From Paraspadella gotoi (Eukaryota > Animalia > Chaetognatha), in assembly GCA_051294375.1 (NCBI GenBank), contig CM119264.1, forward strand, positions 26,508,008 to 26,572,007: 64,000 bases of DNA, written 5' to 3'. Of the stretch, positions 53,176 to 64,000 are shown one piece after another. The notes below the pieces were generated by a model. It had not been told where the DNA came from and searched no databases. It saw nothing but the letters and a program-made list of their open reading frames with translations. The translations under genes were made by a program, and so were the position numbers. The first letter of the stretch is position 1. Every line of letters begins with the position of its first letter.

Positions 53176-55015
53176 CGAGATTTTGTTTGAAATTCCGCGC
53201 GCGCAAAAATTCGAAGCCAATCTTTGTTGCTCAAAAAAAAAAAATATAATAATAATAAATAGGCGAACGGCGAGGAAAAGCGTGGGAGAGAGACGAGGCA
53301 GTAAACGGACTGTGAATAAATTAAATGGTCTGCGCGCTATTAAGCGATCCTCACCTAAAAACGATAAAAACCGACGCTTCGTTCGAGAGAATCCCTGAAT
53401 TATTTCGCATCGCGCCGCGTTACGTAATTCGGAGGGGGGGGAGGCGAAGTGGGGTGTAGATAGAACAGTGGTTGCGGCAATGAATGTGAGATTATTCTTT
53501 CCAATTTATGTAATTTTTAAGGAGAAGATACTTAAGGGCTTACAAGAAAACTTTTATTCTAAATTTGACACGAAAAAAATAAAATGAAAAATAAAATAAA
53601 AAAGCATTTTCGAACTATTAACAAAAAACGACTTCAACACGTGACTCGCTCTCATTTCTCTTTTTAAAGAAGTTCAAGGATAATGAAGCGACCGGCAGAG
53701 AGTGGGCGCGGACTTAATTCGGCACCGGAGATTTGGAGCGCCGATCGAGGCGACCCCCGGGCATTAGTCCTTACCGGGTGTTTGCGAGAGAATGGTTTAA
53801 AAAACACCTGATCTTGCTATATAATTGTTACTATCAATATCTAAGATTATTAATCAATATTTTAAATCATGGTTGCAACCTTTAAACCGACTTGGAATAA
53901 GATGTACGTCTAAGATTAAATTTATATCTATACAATATATTAATATTTATTATGGAAAACTACACCTTACAAATTTCTGGATTTTCACAGCAGCTGGGCA
54001 GCCCGTCTTTGAAAATACTTTTCAGAATTGACGTTTGACCGGAAATCAGCGGAAATCAAAATAAAAAGAAAAGAATTAAAATTAAAAATTAAAAACATAA
54101 TTAAAGTAAGAATTAGAATAGTGAAAAATAGGGACGCCAATAACAAAGCTCAGAAAAATGCTAAAAATGATGCCAAAAGCGATAAGTTACTATCATTACT
54201 GAAAAAAAAAGAAAAAAATTATCTATCATCCTGGCGCCGTGAATATTGCCGGCGATGGAAAACACAATGGGTAGAAAAGCACTTTTCGTTGTGAAAATTT
54301 ACAGTGAGACTGTTTTGGGACGCCTGTTACAGTGGTAAAAATATATCTATTTAGTGAAACTTGGATAGAGTTCCTTTCAAATATTAAAGAAAATTATATT
54401 ACAATTAGGTAACAGCATAATCGGTCAAAATTTTTTAGCTGAAAATTTGAGATGAATAAAAATCGTCTGCAAGATTTCTGTTTTGCAAACAACGTTTCAA
54501 GAGAAACCATGCATAAAAAAGAAAAGTTGCAAGTTACCAAATCATGCATCAGTAAATTCGTATTAAAACCTCGTTATATCCAGAAAATGTTATCGAGAGC
54601 AAAGGAGAAAGTCCATCATTTTCTCGTGGAATCAAATCAGACGTTTGAAGCGAAAGTCTGTTCGAAATGAAGGATCACGATGACGATGATGATGATACTA
54701 ATGACGCTGAGTACGAATATGATTACGATTATAATGACATGCAATGAAGATAATAATAAATACATTAATTATGTTTAGTTCGATGATGTTAACCTTTCTG
54801 ATGACAATTGTGATGACATTTATGAAGTCGAGTTCGACAAGGACGACGATTTTGATGACATTGATGCTTACTACGACTCCTAAAACGACAACAACAACGA
54901 CGACATGAATCGTGATGATCGTCGTCATTTTCTTCCTCGATATAAAAGCTTGTTGATGTTTCTCGAATTAAGTATCTGACGAATTACGTGAGAGAGAGAG
55001 AGAGAGAGAGAGATT

Positions 55016-55047
<32 letters not shown>

Positions 55048-55273
55048 AGACGAGAGAGAGAGAGAGAGAGATATTGTTGTCAAGGAGTCTTCTCCGAGTT
55101 TTCCGCGATTCGTCAATGTTTTTGCAATTGTTGTCGTCGTCGTCGTCGTCGTCATTCCTTCATCGACAACGAGTTTGTTGTGGTTTCGCTCTCCTTCTTT
55201 TGACGCTGACGTTGAATGGAGTTTCGCCATCTATAAACAGTCGACTCCTCGTCAGATTTTTACGCGGGTCATG

Positions 55274-55313
<40 letters not shown>

Positions 55314-55695
55314 TCTCTCTCTCTCTCTCTCCTTCTCTCTCTCTCTGCCAAGCTTGATTCTTGTTTTCTTCTGACCTAAAGAGGTTAACACCTTTCACCT
55401 TCTCTCGTCGATCCTCCCTTCTCCTTACGCCCCCCCTCCCCCCCCTCTCCGCCACCAACGCCCCATCTCTTTTGTCGGTGAGCGCCTATAAACCTCTCAC
55501 AACGTTCACGCGTTCCTCACGGTTTTTTTGGCTCGTGATTCAAGGAAGAACGGAAAAGAAGGAAAGAAAAAAGGCGAGAGAAAGGAGATCCGAGGATTCG
55601 GTTCCTCCTTCCGAATTCTTTCCTTTTTTTTTCCATTTCTTTCTTTGATCCTTTTTTTTTTTGTCTTTTAAGGTTTTACTCATTTTGAGCTTCAT

Positions 55696-55799
55696 TCATA
55701 CATAGATACATACATACATACATACATACATACATACATACATACATACATACATACATACATACATACATACATACATACATACATACATACATACAT
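55696..55799. repeat. (TACA)n microsatellite
   Basis: Directly visible. Confidence 0.97.
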
Positions 55800-58001
55800 C
55801 GTATTCGCCGATAACTCACCTTTGGGGATCTCCTTCGGATTAACTCACCAACCCTCCCCTCTCTATCCCTTCCCGCTCTCAAAGGAGGCGCTAAAACGGT
55901 CGATCCGAGTTTTAGCGCCTTTTTCGACTCGGCAGACATTTCGTCCGAGAAATCGTACATAAAATTAGGTCATTGCTTTCCAAACTTTTCTCACGAAATG
56001 AGAGAATCACATTTCGTGTGACGCATATCTGAATGTTTAGTTATTGCATTGATCGCTTGCGTTGTGAATCGATTGGGTGAAAATCTTTATATATTAATAG
56101 GATTCAATGCGTAGTAAACTTCAAAAAATATAAAATAATAATTATAAAATAATGAACTAATAATTAATAATAATGAATAATAACAATAAAATTTCCATGA
56201 ACTCAACGCAATCAAAACAAAAGAAAACCTTTTCATCCAACGATTTCTTCGACTCCAGACTTCGTCTTCGTTAGCACGTTGGAAGAAACTCGAAAACTTC
56301 ATCCCGCGCCATAATTTCTGCGATGAAGTTTCGCTCGACGTCATCATCGTTGCGAAACCACGTAGATCTCCCCTCGATCTGACGCCATCGCTCGTTCGTC
56401 AAACTTACCCCGCGTCGACTCACCTGGATCGGCGCGACCGGCGCGACCCGGTTTCGCGAGTAGAGCGCCGGTTCTCATCTCCGGAGAGACTTCGACTCAA
56501 CCTCGACGTCATTCGCTCAATAATAAATTGTTCCTTTTCATTTCTTAATGATTTCAATGCTCTATTTATTAACTCTATTAACTCTATTATTCCTAAGATC
56601 TTAATCTTTACATGATTACCAATTGCTCCAGCGATACTTCACCCCATCGCTCCTATAACCATCTCATCTTCGCTTCCATCGCTCCAAACTTTTCCTTATT
56701 TTTCACACACTTTCCACTCTCGTCGATTCGTATCTGCCTCACACACCAACCATCTCACGCTTTTCACTCATTCACCCGGTCTTCGTTCGCGCCCCAATTT
56801 TCAAAACCATTTTTCTTACAAAACGGAATCTTTACGCATTAACCCTCGACGCCACTCATATCTCGTAATTCCCTTACCTTTTCACCAAAACCACTTACCT
56901 CCACCCAACCCTCCACTCTTACCCCCACTCCCCCTTTTCCACCCTCTCCCGGTCTCGCCCACTCCGCTCGGCTCGTCTCTCGCTCGTAATTCAATCGGAA
57001 GTCATTAACTTTATGCCTCATAAAGGCTAATTGCTATTCTTGGCTCTCTCTCGTCTCTCTCTCTCTCTCTCGCCTCTCCCCGGCCCTGGCTGCGGCCGCT
57101 AATGATTGGCCTTCCAGGAGCGCGGGAGGGCCTCTAGCGGCTACAGAAGCTAATGAAATAGGCTTGCTTGTGTTTACTGTAGGTTTTCTAGTAACTGCAG
57201 CGAGTAATCGTTGGCTTTCCTCAATCATTACTTACATTACCTACTGTTGCTAAATCAAGATGATCACCCTGCTTCTAAACCAAACTTTATTAACAGTCGG
57301 TAACTGAAGTAGACAACTTCGTCAACCCCCTGATTCCCCGACCTACCTGTGGCGGTTGATATCGGACGAGACGGTGGACCGTAAATCATGATTGTGCCGT
57401 CCGGACGCACGGACTCACGGACTCGAGGCGTCTTCATTCCCCGCTCGTCATCATCGTCGTCGGCGTTAGCCTCGGTTTCAATTAATACTTTTTTTTTTAT
57501 TATTATTCTCGCGATTAGGAGGATGATAATCGTTTCGGAAGTTTTATGAGCGTAGATGCCTTTTTTTTTTGCCCCCCCCTTCCCAACCCTTATTCGTCTC
57601 CCCCTCCCCTTCTCGTCCCCTCTCGTCCCGCGGAAAGAGTCATTTATGTCATTTATTTTATTTATACATTTTTTTTTATTTCTGGAGGCGAAAAAAATGA
57701 CTAAATTATCCCGGCAGATTCAGTGCATCGCATCTGGGACACTGAGATGATATATTTCTCGAATGACAAAGAGGCAAAAAATATGAGTATAGTGCCGCTT
57801 TATTACTAAAACAAACAAACAAAATACTGTCAAGCGCAGCGCCTCTTTACAAAGTCGCTGCGACTCGGCAAAGAGTCGCCACGCCCTCTTGGCGACACAA
57901 AAAAACAATTTTCGTTTTGGAGGAAAATCGAAAAAGTTTTTTTTTGTGAGACAAAAAAAAGGAGTTTTGTTTGTGACGTTTTGCGTGAAGAAACAGAGAG
58001 T

Positions 58002-58170
58002 GAGAAAAAGAAAGTGAAGTGGGAACTGGGAAAAGCAGTTGAGAAGAGGAAAGTGAAGTGGGAACTGGGAACAGTCGTTGAGAAGAGGAAAGTGAAGTGG
58101 AAATTGAGTACAGCAGTTGAGAAGAGGAAAGTGAAGTGGGAACTGAGTACAGCGGTTGAGAAGAGGAAAA
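58002..58170. repeat. 39-bp minisatellite, about 4 copies
   Basis: gagaagaggaaagtgaagtgg(g/a)a(c/t)tg... recurs every 39 nt. Confidence 0.9.
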
Positions 58171-58871
58171 AGATTAACAAAGTTAAGATCTTATGTAAAT
58201 TTTCGCTAAAAGACTTACTGTGCTAAATGAAAAAAAAACCCTTTTATTTTTTTTCCAAAATATTTCGACATATATTTTTATGCCATCATTAGTGATAAAG
58301 CAATAAGAGAGAGAGAGAGAGAGAGNNNNNNNNNNNNNNNNNNNNNNNNNNNNNNNNNNNNNNNNNNNNNNNNNNNNNNNNNNNNNNNNNNNNNNNNNNN
58401 NNNNNNNNNNNNNNNNNNNNNNNNNNNNNNNNNNNNNNNNNNNNNNCTCATTTCCCATTCGTTTTCTTTTGTTTTTGGCCTCAACTCCATCAATTCAGTC
58501 CAACAACGAGCGAGGACTTCCTCTGCCCACTAAAACCCTCTTACCACCATCGCCATCTGACCACTAACGCTATCTGACCACCACTACATTTGACCACCAC
58601 TGCATCTGACCATCAACTACAAAGTATATAGACTTTTTCCCACAAACAACAAACATTCGGTTCGTTATTTGTTTGATACGTTTGTATCGTATTTATAATA
58701 ATCACCACTTCCCCCACCCACTCCACCTACCATTTCAACCACCCACCCACATCCGCCCCCCCACCAACACAAACTGCACCCTGGCGACTCCTCCCTTTTC
58801 CCTTCGCTCCTCGTTATTGCTCCTCGAAGAGTCATGAACCATTGATTCCTTCGATGAACGAAGAACCAGGA

Positions 58872-59127
58872 ATGGAGCGACAGTGAGGTAGCGGCTCATG
58901 CATTCACCAATCCTTGCTGGAGCGAAAGTGAGGTAGCGGCTCCTACCTTCACTGATCCTTGCTAGAGCGAGAGTGATGTAGCGGCTCATGCCTTCACCAA
59001 TCCTTGCTAGAGCAAGATTGAGGTTGCGGCTCATGCATTCACTGATCCTTGCTGGAGCGAGAGTGAGGTAGCGGCTTCTGCCTTCACTGATCCTTGCTGG
59101 AGCGAGAGTGAGGTATCGGCTCCTGCC
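58872..59127. repeat. 45-bp minisatellite, about 5.5 copies
   Basis: The unit ggagcgagagtgaggtagcggctcatgc(a/c)ttcac..atccttgct recurs. It reads as RYLTLAPARISEGRS repeats on the minus strand. Confidence 0.92.
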
Positions 59128-59435
59128 ACAATTTACACACAAAACAAGAAAATCGTTCATTAGATCAATTTTTACAAAATATTTCACAATCATACTTGAT
59201 ATTTTTAGGTCAAGTTTGAGCTTCAGTCTATCTCAGCCAAACTGTCGTCATCAAACTCACCCACTCCCAGTGAGACACCTCACCTTCCTCGCCTCACCCT
59301 GTCACGCTTGAATCCACAGCCACGCCCACAACTCACGCGCTTCGTATCCGGTTTCGCCGCCGATTTATACAGAATCGAAAGCCACACCCAATTCGGTCAG
59401 GATTAATTCAGACCCGCTCCCTCTTTTAGAATTCG

Positions 59436-59541
<106 letters not shown>

Positions 59542-61064
59542 TCATTCAAGTACGGCAATTACACCGAACCCAACAAGCTCTAAATCATCCAACTCTCACT
59601 TATTTCATTCTCCTTCTTCTAAGCGCTACTTTGTCATTCTCCTCGACAGCTCTCTCCTTTTCTCCTTTCCTTCTTTCCTTCGTTTCTCCTTTTTTTCCCC
59701 TTTTTTCCTTTTTCCTTTTCCTATATAACATTCTTTTTTTTTCCTTTTTTGTTTTAGTCACTAAAATGTTATTGTTTCCCCCAGTTGCTCTCACTTAATT
59801 CTTTCAAAACTCTCTTCTACATTTAAGCTTTTTTCTCCCTCCCTTCTTTCCTTTCTTCCTCCCTTCCTTCCTTCCTTTNNNNNNNNNNNNNNNNNNNNNN
59901 NNNNNNNNNNNNNNNNNNNNNNNNNNNNNNNNNNNNNNNNNNNNNNNNNNNNNNNNNNNNNNNNNNNNNNNNNNNNNNNNNNNNNNNNNNNNNNNNNNNN
60001 NNNNNNNNNNNNNNNNNNNNNNNNNNNNNNNNNNNNNNNNNNNNNNNNNNNNNNNNNNNNNNNNNNNNNNNNNNNNNNNNNNNNNNNNNNNNNNNNNNNN
60101 NNNNNNNNNNNNNNNNNNNNNNNNNNNNNNNNNNNNNNNNNNNNNNNNNNNNNNNNNNNNNNNNNNNNNNNNNNNNNNNNNNNNNNNNNNNNNNNNNNNN
60201 NNNNNNNNNNNNNNNNNNNNNNNNNNNNNNNNNNNNNNNNNNNNNNNNNNNNNNNNNNNNNNNNNNNNNNNNNNNNNNNNNNNNNNNNNNNNNNNNNNNN
60301 NNNNNNNNNNNNNNNNNNNNNNNNNNNNNNNNNNNNNNNNNAGACGTTCACGCGCCAACGACTCCGACGCCGCGACGTCTCACCTCACGTTTGGTCACGT
60401 GATCGCGAGTTTGCCCCTCGAGGAAGTCACGACGCGGGCGACGGACGCCGGACGCCGCCGCGGGTGACGCAACGGCGTCACGGTTCCCGAGAGAGACGGG
60501 TACTCGTCGTCGTCGTCGTTGTCGTCGTCGANNNNNNNNNNNNNNNNNNNNNNNNNNNNNNNNNNNNNNNNNNNNNNNNNNNNNNNNNNNNNNNNNNNNN
60601 NNNNNNNNNNNNNNNNNNNNNNNNNNNNNNNNNNNNNNNNNNNNNNNNNNNNNNNNNNNNNNNNNNNNNNNNNNNNNNNNNNNNNNNNNNNNNNNNNNNN
60701 NNNNNNNNNNNNNNNTGAACAGACAGACTAACAATATGATAATCGTAACCAAATCCAAAATTCATAAATAATTAAGTCTGACTGAGAGCGAAACGGTTAA
60801 GACTCTGCATTTCCATCGTCAGTGCTTCGTTTGCCAAGTTGCAAGCAAATCTGCTTGAAGTCATAATCAGTGACATCGTTGACCAAGCTGCTTACGGTGA
60901 TGGATTAAACACTATTGTTTGCCAAAGTAGCGATTTGAAAATTAAACTTGTTGGGGTAAAACTTGTTAAATATCTTCAATTAAATTGCCGAGGTTATTTA
61001 TCATCTCCGCGAATTAGCGTCATTTGGTGCAACAAAAAAAACTAAATCATCATCGACTTTGGTG

Positions 61065-61098
<34 letters not shown>

Positions 61099-61762
61099 AG
61101 AGAGAGAGAGAAAGACTGTTAAAAAAAACTTTTGACACTCAAAGCGAAAAAACATTTTTGTTTTGCACCTGAAAAAAATAATGTTTTTCCGCCGGAAAGA
61201 AAAAGAATTTCGACACCTTTGGCGTCTATTTCATCGTCACCTGTCAGCACCTGCACCTCGGCATCCGTCGACACCTGTCGGCCAAGACTTCGCCCGCCTT
61301 TTGCTCGGCTCTCCGTCAAAGGGGAGGCGACGACTAAGGCGACGTCAACGTCGATGATAAGGAATAAGAAAAACCAACAAAAGACGCGAGCGACAAATAT
61401 AGAACAAAGATTTCAAACAAAAGAAAAACGATTTTCGTTTACCGACAAAACGAAACTTCATTACCGACCACCCGCATTACCGACAAGAGAGACCTACTCC
61501 CAANNNNNNNNNNNNNNNNNNNNNNNNNNNNNNNNNNNNNNNNNNNNNNNNNNNNNNNNNNNNNNNNNNNNNNNNNNNNNNNNNNNNNNNNNNNNNNNNN
61601 NNNNNNNNNNNNNNNNNNNNNNNNNNNNNNNNNNNNNNNNNNNNNNNNNNNNNNNNNNNNNNNNNNNNNNNNNNNNNNNNNNNNNNNNNNNNNNNNNNNN
61701 NNNNNNNNNNNNNNNNNNNNNNNNNNNNNNNNNNNNNNNNNNNNNNNNNNNNNNNNNNNNNN

Positions 61763-61793
<31 letters not shown>

Positions 61794-62409
61794 AACGATG
61801 AATTGTCTGGAGGGATGAATTAAAAAACGAATGATTTCTGGTGGCAGAGGAACGCGCTGGAGGCGTAAGTCAACGGTATTGTCGTCGTCGTCGTTGTTGT
61901 TGTTGTTGTTGTTTTGCCTTTCTCCTTTATTGATATATATTCTGTTTTTCTGGTTCTTGATTCAGTTTGATTTTTGCCGCTGACAATTGATTATTACGGC
62001 AAATTCAATCCAGGAAAAGTGGGAGAAAAAATATAATAACCGCGATTTAATTAGTCATTATTTGGTTTCGTTTCCGCGGAAAATATTGATTGTTGACTCG
62101 TGTTGAAGGAAATAAGGTCTGGTTTCCGCTCTTTTAAATATTAGCTATTGAAAATATAGTAGAAATTAATGAGGGAAACGACGACGATAATAATGACGAC
62201 GACGACGACGCCCTAATGACAATGGCGAGGATTGCAACGCCTCTTGTCGCGCTGCAATTTGTCTCTCGTCCCTTCAATTCCTTTCCACCCATTTTTTTCT
62301 GTCTTTTTCNNNNNNNNNNNNNNNNNNNNNNNNNNNNNNNNNNNNNNNNNNNNNNNNNNNNNNNNNNNNNNNNNNNNNNNNNNNNNNNNNNNNNNNNNNN
62401 NNNNNNNNN

Positions 62410-64000
62410 CTTCGGAAGATGATGCACCTCCGACTCAGGAGGAGATTTCTTCTTTTCTCATCTTGTGGATGTCGAGATTCAGTCTCTTGAAACCAAGGAA
62501 ATCGGATTCATTCTATCTGCCGAATATACTTGGACATGGGAGACGGGTGAAATACGCCGTGGAAGTAAGGATGCCCCCATTGCGTTCAAGACTGAATGGG
62601 AATGGACATCGGCGGCCCACACGGCCAAGGATCGTCGAGCTCCGCGGGAATTCACCAGGTTACCTGTCACCGTATTAGCGTCGATGACGAGCAACTCAGC
62701 CGCGAAATCAAACGTTCTTTGAAGCGGATTTTCCGCCGGCGCCATCGGCGAAGCCTCAACTAGCGTGCAAGATGACTTCGCTATGGAGCAGTTGCGGTCG
62801 ACGATTGCGTTCGATGAAGACATCGGACATTGAGAGGTCGGGCTTCCTTGGAAGAAGAAGGCCGGAAAAAGGCTGCGAGATTCTCACAAATGCAATTCGT
62901 CGGAGATGGCCAGGAACAGGCTCTTGAAAGCACGGCAAGGATGCGGCGAGAGCCGCTCCGCAAAGAAGGAGTCTTCAAACAGTTCCAGGAATTATCGACG
63001 AGGTCATGCAATTCGTATTGATGATCCTAAGTCCCGGACGGAGAACCCATATGGTTTGCCCACCCTATAGCGACCAGAGAAGAAGCGGCAAGTTCCGCGT
63101 TGCCATGATGCCAAGCTTCATGCGACGGATCAAGCCTCAATGATCAACTTCTCACTGGGCCCGACCTGATGAACAATCTTCTTGGAGTCCTTTTCCGCTT
63201 TCGCCGTCACGAGATCTTCTCGACTCTGATGTGTGCGGATTTTTCCATCAGTGTTTCGTCGACAAAAAGGATCGCCACGTCTTTCGATTTTGGTGGTTCG
63301 AGGACGACATACTATGGAGAGTCTCTTCTATGGGAGATGATCGTTCACGTTTTCGGCGCGAAATCGTCGCCGACGTGTGCCAGCTACGTGCTCCAGCATC
63401 ACGGCCGTACCCTTTATGGAACGGTTCCACCGGAAGTTGCTGACGCCATCAACGACTTTTAGTGGACAATTTATGCTTTACGGCGCCGACCGTTGGAGGC
63501 GGCCCGAAGTCTCCGGATCGGCATCACGGAAGCGATGAAGCGTGGAGCTTGACCTTGTATGCTGGCGGTCATCGCATAAGGAGGCGTTGGAGGATGATAC
63601 GCCTGGCGTTGAAAAGGAATGGGAAGACATCAAAACCTTCAGTGATGAGAGCGATGATAATTGGGAGAAGGTCTTAGGCGTTTGCTTTGTTTCTCACGAG
63701 ATATTTCTTCGTTCAACGCGAACAAGAAGAAGGTGGAAACTGAATCCAAACGCGTCGGCAAAATGCTCTCACTCACTAGCTCACTCTTTGATCGATGGGA
63801 TTCGTGCACCCTTCATCCTGCGTGGAAGGGAGATTTTTCAGCGGGCAACAAAAAAAAAACTCCGTGGGATGACCCGAATCAAAGAGCTTCATGCCGAGAT
63901 CAACAAGTGGCGGCAAGAGGTTGTGAAACTTACTTCCATCGAGATTCCTCGCTGGATTGCGACGAAGGAAACTACGCCATGCGGTGCCGGAGATGCACAT
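62410..64000 (+). mobile_element. Bel/Pao-family LTR retrotransposon, pol region (protease-RT linker, RT, start of RNase H), frameshifted and truncated by the window edge
   Basis: PIAFKTEWEWT, EVGLPWK, SLNDQLLTGPDLMNNLLGVLFRFRRH (63133), FFHQCFVDKKDRHVFRFWW, VHVFGAKSSPTCA, DF[Y]VDN, EKVLG, MGFVHPFIL, WDDP and SIEIPRWI appear in canonical Bel/Pao order. Confidence 0.93.

Overview
This window is eukaryotic (invertebrate animal-like) draft-assembly sequence, very rich in (CT/AG)n, (GAAA)n and (GAC)n microsatellites. It has many N gaps, four of them exactly 25 N, and long indel-riddled stretches that look like uncorrected long-read gap fills. Most ORFs in the supplied track are low-complexity artefacts. 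Supportable content: (1) the first coding exon of an ephrin gene (8713-9824, +), with the family's YWNxSNP motif, a conserved phase-2 donor and an unusually long N-terminal extension; (2) a noisy inverted copy of that locus (about 17.6-23.2 kb), probably an assembly artefact; (3) a 4.3-kb island (28.1-32.4 kb) lacking the host's simple microsatellites and carrying co-oriented, apparently intronless, unidentified ORFs, possibly virus- or mobile-element-derived; (4) a tandem pair of two-exon genes for secreted 8-Cys, probably GPI-anchored proteins (36.7-38.7 kb); (5) a near full-length Jockey/I-group LINE (40.0-44.8 kb) between two (TC)n tracts; (6) the pol region of a Bel/Pao LTR retrotransposon (62.4-64.0 kb); and several minisatellites. 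I recognised no rRNA, tRNA or CRISPR. All family assignments come from reading motifs by eye, not from database searches.
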